Assembly (NCBI RefSeq): GCF_033153115.1
Contig: NW_026889751.1
Location: forward strand, 62,001-126,000
From: Saccostrea echinata
Lineage: Eukaryota
Reading direction: 5' to 3'
DNA length: 64,000 nucleotides
Shown: positions 25,497 through 37,187 of the stretch, in pieces
Layout of the letters: the number at the start of each line of letters is the position of its first letter
Position numbering within the stretch: position 1 is the first letter of the stretch
Program-made: the position numbers and the translations under genes
Notes under the pieces: generated by a model
What the model saw: the letters and a program-made list of their open reading frames with translations, nothing else
The model's database searches: none
Told to the model about the DNA's origin: nothing

Positions 25497-28400
25497 TCAT
25501 CGACCAAACAATGAGTTTAAGAGAGGCTTAGCTGGAGCAGCTGTCGATGGCGCTGTTTTCCCTAATAAGGTATCTGTTATCCATTGTAAGTAGGGCTTAG
25601 CCCTTGTGTACACGCCTGGTTTCATCACCTGGGCACACCCATTGCCCCACGAGATCACTCCGCCCACTTCCCAGCGACCATTTCGTCTACAGCTTAATGG
25701 ACCTCCGGAATCGCCCTAAAAATAAACTTGTCATCTTTGATACAATCTCTAACATTCGTTATAATGCTTGGATTTTCCTAAGCGACTCACTGTTTAGCCA
25801 TAAGGATAGGGAGATAGGGGATTTTTTACCTGTCCTGTATAAAAAAAAATGTTTAATCTACGGTACATTTTCAAATTTTGCACTTTAAATATATACCGGG
25901 ATGTGTATATTTACAATTTAACACTGAACAATTATAAAATCTGGAGAGCCTTTTCGGATGCATTTTTTGAAGGTAGCAAAGGACAAATAGCAAAAATTAC
26001 ATGAATAATTTACGTCTAAACTATCTACTCTTATTCAGCATTCGTTGGAAAATGGAAGGTGTGTCGAACGATACAGGTGTATTACTGTATACCTAGGTCA
26101 CATTTAAGCCAATGGTCGGGCGACCAAGTTCTTCTCGTAACGTCGGCTGAAAAAACATAATCGGCCGACACTAGTATCAGGCGACGCAGAAAAGTCACAT
26201 TAATTCCTAAGAACACCGATGCCTTTAAAAGTTAAAATTCTTGTAAGTCGGCTAACCTTCGCCCGATCATCTTTCGCTGAGCCGCAGTTTGATTTTCACC
26301 GTCGGCCGACATTTACCAAAACCCTATCCCTAAATGTCGACCGACCGACGACTGACTTAATAAACTGCCCGTCGATGGTCAGACGATGATCTAAGGTTGG
26401 TCGACGGACTATTCAACAACTGCTTCAATTGAAGAAATCGGGCACAGACGCAGAAAAAATAAAACTTGGCCCGACGAACACAAATTTGGTCGGCCGACGA
26501 AAAGAGAGGCCAAAATCGGGCAAGAGAACGTCCCATGAACTGGCGAATGTCGACCAAAGAATCCTGTTTTTGCCTCAAAAACATCGGCTATTGGTCGTTT
26601 TTGGAAATGTAACTGGGGTTTTACAAATGCTTGTCGTAGTTTTGAACGCGTTTCCACACTTTCACCCTCGTTAGTTCTGTTGTATTTCCGTTTTTTGCCC
26701 CTCCCCCTTGTCTACAGGGTTTGTACATCCGAAACCCCCAGAATCACAGGAATTCCCCACTGAAGCACTAGGATTGGCATATCAAACCAGCAAAATACAT
26801 TTTTTGGAGGTGAGTATGCTTAAAGCCAAGTTGCTATCTCTGAGATGAAGGCAGGTTTTCTTATGTCTAAACTTTTTTACAACAGTGAAAAAGTGTTATT
26901 ACATATATTATAACTGAAATGACCACAATTTGCCATACCTGACAAGTATCTATTCCACCGAACACATATCCCCCACACATCATATTGTCTGTAAGCTGCC
27001 TGTATATACTTTTGCATACATCATTTCCTAGTAATGGTATTTTTGCTTCTTGTAACACCATGGTCTTTGATGCATCTGTTGAACCTATTATGATTATTGA
27101 AATATTTTTTATCATTTTCAAACGTCCTGAATCTACATGAAAAACAATGATACTTTTTTCACGTTTTACTAAACAACTGTTTTGTAAAGAAATTAAGTTA
27201 CGCGTTTCAATGTTGTTTAGACTAAACAACTATTTTGAAAAGCATTTTAAGTTGCAACACATTTTTTTTTTCAAAATTCGATAAATTAATTTTATAACCT
27301 CTTCCAGTATAACAGTATAACACTTCAAAATTTACATTTTCGAGGTAAAACAAAAACTAATCATAGCAGATAAATCTCTGTTTGTGTTACCTGTATTCCC
27401 CCAACCTGCTACAAAACAGTAATCATTTTCGAAATTTTCCTCTGAAGCCAGAGGCAAACAGATATTGTTGACGTATTCAGTGCTGGTATCTGCCGGCCTG
27501 TTCAGTTTTATCAATGCAATATCAAAGTCGTGAGAGGCCTTGGTATACAATGGGTGGAGATACAGCTCTGTTACATTGAATGTTTGTTCTGATGGATCAC
27601 GACGGCGAAGGTTATACTCTCCTAATCGAACACGAATGTCTCTCTTATCTGTTGTTCTAAAAATCAATCATTAATTTCTACTTAATCTTCTACTTTGCTT
27701 GAGATATCAAATTCAGGTGTAAAACATTAATCAATCAATCAATCAAATTCAGGTGTGCAAAGCGACTTTTCTAAAAATGTTTTATATGTACTTTAGAGTC
27801 ATTTTTTTAAAAAGTTATTTCTTACAAATTTATTTTGTATCTTTATATCGGTAGAGAAACTTTATTAACATTTGTTTTCCTCTAAGCTTTACTATTTTTA
27901 GGAAGTCAATTATACATTTTAAGTGTATAAGAAAATCTAGATAAATAATAATACATAATGATAAATGAAACATTTCCTCTCTTATCCATGATTACAAATT
28001 ACGGTTCATATCACTCTTAGCTTTTAATTTCATAACTTAAAACATGTTCAGCTATATGACATGCCTGTATAATACCTATCAAAGCAGTGAGCAGCAGTTA
28101 GAATCCACTCGTCGTTCACCAGACTTCCGGCGCAGAATTGTTCCTGACTCATCGGCGGAATGTGGAGGAATATACTGGCTATCCAGGGCCAATTTCCGCG
28201 TATGGACGAGTGTCCACCAACAATTCGTCGAATTTTGGGTTCTATCTTTGGCACACCACAACCTGTGGGCAAAAACAGAGGGATTTAAACAACTCTCTAT
28301 TGCAACATATGAACAAAAACCACACACAAACAGCCATTGGATAAATTAGAAAAAAAGAAACTCATCGAGATGCATTAAACATACCCTCTGGATTTGGTGA

Positions 28401-31400
28401 GGTTTTGCAGACCAGGCCAACATCCTCAGCATGCGTGCAGTCATGAGCAGCAAAGCTGAAGCATGACGAAAATTAAATGTAGCGCATAAAATTTGAAAAA
28501 TGTAGAATTAAATTTTCTTCTAATTGCAGGCTCAAATTAAAGGTGTCATTCAAAAGATAAAATGCGGTCTGTAATTTTGCAAATTTTGTTTTATGCAAGA
28601 GAAGTAAAAACTAGAGATACGGTGAACAAGCTCAGAAAATAATACCACCGCTATATTTTTTAAAAGTCCTAAATTCAATGTTCCAAATGTGACCTTGACC
28701 TTGCCAAAACGACCTTGGTTAAAAATACATATCACATTGTCATAAATAATCTAGGAGTGAAAACAAAATCCTCGTAAGTGTTCTTCTTCTTCCTCTTCTT
28801 TCAGCTTTAGTCCAGCTGGGCACATCATTACTGGTGATTTAAGTATAGTTCAAAATGACTACCTAAATTAGTCCAGCTGGGCACATCATTAATGGTGATT
28901 TAAGTATAGTTCAAAATGACTAACTAAATTAGTCCAGCTGGGTACATCATTAATGGTGATTTAAGTATAGTTCAAAATGACTACCTAAATTAGTCCAGCT
29001 GGGTACATCATTAATGGTGATTTAAGTATAGTTCAAAATGACTACCTAAAAGTTAATATTTTAAAATGTCTAAAATTCATGGAGCCCTGATCTTTCAAAT
29101 GGTGAGAGAACTTCATTTCTATTACGATTTCCATCCTGGAGAATGCTACACGATGGGCTACATATGAAGGGGAAGATCTTGTTGCTTTGTCCGAATGGAT
29201 AAAGCGTTTTAGATAAATATTAAACAATCGCATTAGAAAATTAAAGGGCAAAATGAAAATATCAATCCTTCCATTTTCAGTAGACCGGAAGTGATAAAGT
29301 CAGAAAGACTACAAGAAAAATAAGATTGGTTCCAGCTGACAAAGCTTGTAACAATATAGTCTTTGTAAGACTCATTATTAAAACATTTTAGGAGAACTCC
29401 AACCTATATTCACAGTTCCCTTTCAAAAGATGAAATTCTTCAAAATCACCATTTAGTTTTAAATACTTTTAACATTCCTATCAATGGGAGTGAGTTTGAT
29501 TAAGCGTACCTATACTGGATTCCAAAGCTTCATAAAAATTCTTACAAGCAAATATATATACAGGGTCTATCAAATGTTCAACCAAGCCCCTATTCTTTCT
29601 TCTCACCAAAATATTAACTGCAGTGATGGAGAAACTTCAGAAGTATTGTGCAACTACATATTCAAGACGTGGAGTAATTCAAAAACACTCCAAAGAACTT
29701 TTGGAAAATTTAAAATCTCAAAACTTTTCAAACATCAATACCATCAAAACATATTACTTTTCTACGCTTTATACAACCATTCCTCATGAGAAATTAAATA
29801 GAAGGTTTTTTGATATCAACTATTTCATCAATAAAAATGGAACACGTAAATTTTCATATCTGGTGGCTAGTCATCTACAAAATTACTTTGTCAAAAAGCA
29901 TTCTGTTTCTACATACAGGTACTCTGAAGGAAGGTGGAGTTCCTCATTGACAATATCTATGTTTTCTTTGGAGACCAGGTCTTCCAACAATCTGTTGGAC
30001 TTTCATTAGGCACTAACTGTGTTTCTTTATTAGCCGACTTGTTTTTATATTCCTACACTTCTTGTGGCCTTCAACTCGACATTTTGATATATCGACGACG
30101 TATTACCAATTAACATTAGTTACTTGCATTCACATGTCAACTGATAATTAACTGTATTACAAACGGTATGACTTCAGCTTTTCCATCGTCAACTTCCCTT
30201 ATTTATGTAGTAATATTCCAACAATTCTGCAAATGGTGTTTATGTCTTCCAAATGGATATGCAAGACCATGCTCTGGGTACGAACATTTTTAAGCCGAGG
30301 CAAGCTACTGACAAATGAGTTATGTTACAAGGATATTACACCCCGTGTAAAGTCAGATTTTTGCCAATATTACTGTCTTTATAATGACGTTGTTAAATAC
30401 AACCTATAGTTGGGTCATATGTTGTCTGACATGTTTCATATTGTTTGTTAGGACATTACATTGATACTAAATAAAGTAAGGAGAACTCCGTGTACCTGAT
30501 ATACATAGGGCCCACGGCGGTTGTGACTGGTTTAAAGGGGATGCTCACTCCTCCTAGACACCTGATCCCACTCTGGTGTTTCCAGGAGTCTGTGTTTTTT
30601 CCCTGTTCGCGATTTGTTTTGTTTACTGTTTTAATGATATTGATCACTGTTCGTTATCTTCACCTTTTAAATGAGTTATGGACCTCCAATGTTTCTCCAT
30701 CAGAATATGAACCTGACATGAATTTGACACTTTTCTCATTGGTATAATGACCTTGGGTCAAGTTATGACATACCCTCAGCTCACATATGTTTTTGTTTGA
30801 AGTTTCAACCTCCAATACTTATCTACTAGAAAATAATGAACTGGATCCAAATTGATACTTTTTCTGCCAGTAACCTTGAACTTGCCGGAATAACCTTGGA
30901 TCAAGATCATGAAACACTTCTAGGACTTAAGTATTATTTTTTAAATATGAATTTGCAATCATCAATGTTTTCCATTACAAAGTTACACACTCAGTGTATA
31001 AGAATTTTACAATATTTCCTCCAGTGACATTTAACTTACAAAAATGACCTTAGGTCATTTTTTAGCATCAACTTCAAGTATCAACTTTTAATAAGACTCC
31101 GTTTGAGAGGTATAGACCAGACACGAATAATGCACTTTTTCTACCAGTGAGTTTGAACTTGCTAAAATGGCCTTGGGTCAGGGTCAATACATATCCTCAG
31201 GTCACAAGGGTAATATTTGTGATAAGTATGAGCCTCTAATGTTCTTTGGGTAAGGACTTGACACCCTTTGAAGTCATAAGCAATCTTTTGTGAGGTGTGT
31301 TCTAATTCTCCAAAAGGAAGTTGAAGTTTGGCCACAAATATTATACGTTTTCTGCAAGTGACCTAGAACTTGCTCGAAAGACCTTGAGTTAATTATAAGA

Positions 31401-33657
31401 CCATAACACACCCTCAGATCATAAACATCCTCGTACCATGCACATGTATGAACTTCCAATGATTCTCCATAAGTCATAGCCCGGACAAGATTGCAAAGAC
31501 AGATGGACAAAGTGATTCTTATATAACCCACCTACCCTCTACCTCCAACTTTGTTTGCGGGGGGTATAAATATGATGCATGTATAAATTAGAAATTATTT
31601 TATTTATATACTGAGAGGCACCATAAATCGCAATAACATGTTTGTAAAGATTTCATAAATATTTATCATTAAATGGCTCCAAATGACCATACATGACACC
31701 ATTAAAGTTAGGAACCATACTGATCTAAAAGAATTTCCAGTCTACTAGCACTATAATCAAAGTAACTATCAAAACCCGGGTTCCTACTCACTAACAAATT
31801 CAAAACACAAAAAGAAAACGATAACTGCTTCATCTTTTCATTTTTTCCAAAACTCACAAAATCGATTCAATAATTTATAACACAATCAATCAGGAATTAT
31901 TTCATTGAATAAGTATACTATCTTTATACAGAACTTACTTATTCCTTCTGCATTCTAATATTGACGTCTCATTTCCAAGACAACTGATTTCGTCAATCCA
32001 TATTTGTCCATTGCCTCCGCCAAAGCTCTTCACTTTTTCAGCACCATAGCTACACAAAATAAAGTTACTGCTTCTTTAATTAAATGAAAGATTTTTTTTA
32101 AACATTCGGTGTGTGTTTTTATTTCATTCGCCACAATAATTATCTAATAATTTTTTACATAGTCCAGAAAAAGCATTGAGCTCTTCTTTACTGAAAGATG
32201 ATTACGCTATGTAAACTTAATCCTCTTAATTAGAAATCCTCTCACATTATGGTCTATGTCCCTAATCATAATTCATTACCTTCTATACTTCATAACAATT
32301 ACCTGCTTAGGTAAGATTTTTACTTACGGAAAACCCAGTTGCTTACAAGCGATGTTCGCAGCCACAATATCGAAGCCGTCGTCACAGACGGTGCCCCACT
32401 GATTAGCCAGGTTAAACTGTAATATCCCCTCATTCTGTTGTCCAGTAACGCTCAAGAGTCGCAGATAATTGGAAGTCAGGGGAATGTCGGTCGATGCTGT
32501 AAGATTTACAGTTTGATGAAAACACATAAAATATTGCTGTACAGAAAAAATAAAAAGGTATTAACTTATCAAAACGTCCTGATGATACGTAGCCATAATG
32601 TCAACGGAAATAAACCTATTTTTACGAAAAAAAGAATTGTTCCAAAAGTGAATAAACAAAGGTCAAATTAAACAATCCGTCCCATCAGAAAACTTTTGAT
32701 GTATATCGGGAATCTTACGTGTACAGCTCACTTCATCTGCGCCGTCGCTACAATCGGACACATAGTCACATCGCCAGCGTGAGGGAATGCATTTGTTTTC
32801 ACTCATACATAGGAACTGTCTATCGGAGCAATTCGCGGGATCTACGAACAGAAATATTTAATAAATATTTCATTCTTTAGCATCTAGACATTTTGAATCA
32901 TTCATTTTAAATATATGCTCCTTGCATTTGTTTCCAGTTTAATTAGTGAATCTAGTTCTCATTCAGCAGATAAATCCTAAATGTCTACAGATATGAATAC
33001 GTACGGCCTTTTACTCCTCGTGGTTTGGCACAGACTAAAAATGCTTCTCTGTTTGTGCTGCAACTGTTCGCTGGAATATAAACATGATATGATTATAAAT
33101 TTATAATATAAGAAACTTGTTACATAACGGAATGGATTATTTGGGGATGTTTACCTTACCAATCACAGACTGGCACTGTTCCAAGCTATCCTCGGAACCT
33201 TTGCATTGCAACATCGAAAAATGTTCTTCGTTTTGTTGAATCCCCTAAATATGAAACATGTAAATATTAGTTGCATCTTTCATTAAATTAATCTTGCAAT
33301 TATTTTCAAAATTTCACTTTTACTCACCCTCCCTTTGGCCCTTGCAGTTCCTTCAAATCCCAAATGACGGCATGCTACTGCAGCCACTTGTGGGGTCCAG
33401 AAATGGTCAGCACATACTTTGTTCCACGATCCATCCCTCTGCTTCAGCTCTACAACTCCAGCAAATGATCTGCCAACAAGTCGGATATCGTCCCAAACTA
33501 AGAAAATATTTGTTTATTACTAATTACATCATGGATTCTTGGATATCTAAAATGGTTTATTATATTTTTTCCTGTATATTTCACTACCTTGACGACGGGG
33601 AACACATTCGGTAAAATGTATAAGAATTTGGAAAATGATAACTTTTTGCACTGACAT
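25497..33657 (-). CDS. Secreted protease SP-SRCR-LDLa-SRCR-Tryp_SPc (neurotrypsin/Tequila-like layout). 12 exons: 33588-33657, 33328-33497, 33160-33244, 33005-33070, 32719-32841, 32328-32496, 31939-32049, 28385-28455, 28076-28262, 27391-27656, 26939-27084, 25497-25715
   Basis: Signal-like [22 protein letters not shown] motifs (IRLVG...[46 protein letters not shown]). LDLa motif ([20 protein letters not shown]). Activation site RR|IVGG. TAAHC, DIAL and GIDTCQGDSGGP motifs. All phases are consistent. Confidence 0.92.
26091..26620. mobile_element. Intronic non-autonomous DNA transposon (Harbinger-like MITE)
   Basis: Ends acctaggtcacattt / aaatgtaactggggt form imperfect TIRs. The interior is dense in gtcgg/ccgac motifs. 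Confidence 0.6.
28807..29050. repeat. 61-bp tandem repeat x4, near-identical
   Basis: Unit ttagtccagctgggcacatcattaatggtgatttaagtatagttcaaaatgactacctaaa at 28807, 28868, 28929 and 28990. Confidence 0.95.
29270..30670 (+). mobile_element. Decayed Penelope-like retroelement in protease intron
   Basis: YWIPKLHK-like, [18 protein letters not shown] (DFSTLYT), GTNC...ADLFLYSY and YIDD motifs across frameshifts. 3' motif actcctcctagacacctgatcccac. Confidence 0.85.
30690..31570. repeat. HINE-like element with diverged internal repeats (ccagtgaccttgaacttg / gaccttgggtca)
   Basis: Repeated motifs, gacagatggac microsatellite, end 'tatataaccc...ttgcgggggtataa'. A related piece lies at 28620-28770. Confidence 0.6.
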
Positions 33658-35849
33658 CTTTTGACAACATTGAATATAAAATGACCATCTCTTAGCACTG
33701 ACGCTTCGTTTTATCTTTGTTGAGTCTGTTTGTAGGGCAGAATTCTTGAACCGATTGCCCCCTCTTGGTTGACCTTTAGGAAACAAGTGGGTATTAGGGG
33801 ATGTGTTATTCTATCTTGTAATTTACTCTGAGGAGGCGCAGTTGATAATTCGTGCTCTGGATCTGTGAATAGAGCCGGTTGTTTGGCTACCCTGATTCAT
33901 TGACAAGGACAGGTTTTTGACGTAGATCCGTACAGGCGGGTTTGGTTAGAAGTTATGAAATTGAGTCACCATTTTAAATAATCGATTGCCTTTTTAAATG
34001 GATCACTCGGTATCCAAGAAATTTGATAGAATATGTCTCCTCGGTTTTCATTTTGGAAATGAATCCATCTACTTTACGGGGAAAATATGTTCCACAATAA
34101 AGCATAAGATAATGTTGACGATCATGATACCGCATGTAACCATACCGTTATTTTTGAAATGACTTCACATAATTATACTAATGATGCATAAAACATTAAA
34201 GTGCAGGTGCTGTATGCATGTGAAATAGCCGCTCAAGAATACAGAACCGTGATGAGCATCTTAAGGTAGTATCCATGATACGTACTACATTAGTATATAA
34301 CGTGTCCAGCGAACACAGGTATTCTTGGAATCCTGATGGGAGGATCCAGGTATCATGCATTGACATGATTATCTACACGCGATTTTAACCTGGCCGTGTG
34401 TTAATGTCCTAAAAGAGCCACGTGTTTGATCCTGGAAAGGACAAAAAAATCACGTGGTTTAGTTTACTTGACTTTGACAACGCTGGGGTCTTGAGATTGA
34501 CAATATACTAGACTTATTCCAAAAGCAGAAATCTTCAAACCGATGTCTTGAACTGATTTTTAACGGTCATAAGAGCTCATATCAGTAGAAGACATTTAAA
34601 GTAGACTACAAGGGGCCGAACTGGGTTTTCATTGCGCAATTCTTTGAGTAGCATAGTGAAATAAAGCGTATTTACACGTTTAAAACAATTATTTTAACAC
34701 AATTTATCAAATTTAACGAAATTAAGAATTCCCAAATTAAAAAAAAAGTTTAATTGCATTTTAAAGATTTTATTTTTTAACGATTTCTCAACTGATCGGT
34801 AGATGGAGTCAATGAAAAATATATAAAATACATGTGAATTATATGCTCTTAAACGGAATTTGAAACTGTCACAATTATTTAACAGTCATTTTCTGTATGA
34901 AGCCTTAGGATCTATTAATTTGTAGTATTCAATTAAAAAAAAAGAAATTTCGTAAATACAATATTATAAAATAAAGTATTACTCATCACATATATATTAG
35001 AAATGAGCAAAAAGTTTATTGAAGTATTTTTATATACATGTAATTTGCTTTGAAGTGAAAAAAAGCCATATAGCCGTTTAGTAAATGCAAGTGCATTTTT
35101 AGATGGTTCCTAAAAATACAGTCGGCGTCCTTAAGGATCATGTTTAGTCAAAATTGAATTCAATATTTGGATTCCTTTACAAAAAAATTATCAATCGTTA
35201 TATTTACATCTATAAAGTGTTTCCTATATATTGCAATGTGCTTCATTTCAGCTATAACATCGTGTCACATGGATGTTCTTTGATTTTTAGCATTGATACA
35301 TATTCCAATCTTTGAACAGCGTTACTTTTCCTGGGGCTTCAGGGTGAAGATTAAAAGTTGCTTAAAACATTGTTCATCAAAGTGTAATTAAAATTAAACA
35401 ATTATTATTCCTTGTTTTCAAATATGATGAATTTTTTTAACTACACATTTTTTTCCTTATTTATCGAAATTACAAGGAAATACTTTGTAAATGTTAATTC
35501 GAGAACTCACATATTTGGCATAGCGATAGTTCTGTAAATTTACATTTTTTTTTTTTTTTTTTTTGAAACATTTTAAAGAAAAGGTGAACATATATCAAAT
35601 ACAAACAATAAAGGAAAATTTTTATAATGCGTCATATACCGGTAATTTTCGTACAATTATGACAACCCGTCAAATCCCCTATGATAACCAAAACAAACAA
35701 ATATACAAATAACAAACTTCATTGGTTAATCCATTACTATCTTTCAGACTAATTTTTGTGTTTATTTAAAAGAAAACTAAAAGATATTTGGAGTAATTCA
35801 TTTTGATTGTGAACAATAAAGTGTCATTGAGGTAAAATAGGTAAACTCG

Positions 35850-36330
35850 TAATAAATAAATCTCAAAAATCCTGTAAATAATACAAAACATGAACCGTGA
35901 AAATACCAGAGGTGGGATCAGGTGCCTAAGAGGAGTCAGGATCCCCTGTCGACTAGTCACACCCGCCATGTACAGGTAAACGGAGTAATCAAAATTAGTA
36001 AAAACAAAAAAACAAAAAACAATGCTCAAGCACAGATATGAAACATGCCAGGCAAATTATGACCGAACGATAGGTATTTGCAAACAAAATCATTAATCAT
36101 AAATCCTACCAAACGCTTACTTACAGAAATATCGGCAATATAAGCTTATTTGTCAGTAGCCTGCCTTGGCTTAAAATTTGATTGTACTCATTTCAAGTTT
36201 GAAAAACATAAACACTATATGCAGGAGTGAGAGGAATATAACTACATAATTAGATGAAGTTGGAGATGAAAAAGTCTGAAGTAATCCCATTCCTTTAAAT
36301 ACTTGAAGTTTAGTTGTAAGTTAACCATGT
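35850..36330 (-). mobile_element. Penelope-like 3' fragment
   Basis: ccagaggtgggatcaggtgcctaagaggagt..atcccctgtcgactagtcacacccgcc plus a decayed C-terminal coding region homologous to 30150-30600. Confidence 0.7.
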
Positions 36331-37111
36331 ACGTCTGTAATCAGTTTATATTTCAAAAATTTTATTGTATAAAACTAAATGTACATTACCAAATTCATAC
36401 TATATGAAACAAAATTATATTTAAAAAATATTTATATAACTGTTACTATAGGGCTTGAAATTGTTAAGGTCTATATTTGAGTATTTTGATGGAATGCAAA
36501 TATACTTGGATTTTCAGATATTTTTTAGTCCAGGTTATGATGTTTCTGGTGAGCCTTTGGTTACAAGGGAAATAGAAATCCTTTATTTTTCATCCTCCAT
36601 TTACAATGTAAAACACACCTCTATTGACGGGTATAAGTAACCTCATTCTATCAAATATCTTTAGTTAGTTTTTTTAAAGTTAAAAGTGTTAAATTTGCTT
36701 TGTTTACATTATTGCTTTTGAAATTTAATTTTTTTTTAATTACTACACATCACACATTAATTAATAATCTGTCAAGACAGGGAGGCAAAATATAAAAAAG
36801 AGGTTCTTGGTCAAATAAGATATTTTTTTAAACAAATAATCACAGAATAAAGCATTTTAAAAAGATAGAAAACCAAATCAGTTAAAGAGAATTTTTGGAA
36901 GATTTTAGGATCTAATCAGTTTGAAACGTGTATAAAATACTCGTGCCCCAGCTCAAACAATATTTTTAAAGAGGCATTGTCCCTAATCAAGACAAAAACA
37001 GAAAAACAATAATTCCGTGACCAGATTTTCTTTGTCAATTAATTCCCTTCGTGCCAACGCCCAGAGCCTAAGATACTTACACAGGATGTAGGGCTGGAAG
37101 GCTGGTTAGGA

Positions 37112-37117
37112 TATAAA
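37112..37117 (+). promoter_or_regulatory. Candidate TATA box of opsin gene
   Basis: TATAAA lies ~75 nt upstream of the ATG in good Kozak context (accATGG) at 37188. Confidence 0.55.
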
Positions 37118-37187
37118 TACGGTAGAAGTCGTCTCCTTCCTCGTGGTTTCAAACAGTACTCACATCATCTCTATACTGGGAACAACC

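Noticed and set aside
26357-26674. Three overlapping ORFs
   Set aside because: They arise from GC-rich MITE sequence in an intron and have no protein motifs.
28807-29050. CRISPR-like array
   Set aside because: The units are contiguous with no unique spacers, the context is a eukaryotic intron, and there are no cas genes.
36740-37110. Rhodopsin core (RCSI/P3 TAATnnnATTA) promoter element
   Set aside because: Several TAAT half-sites are present but no exact P3 palindrome was found, and such motifs are expected by chance in AT-rich DNA.
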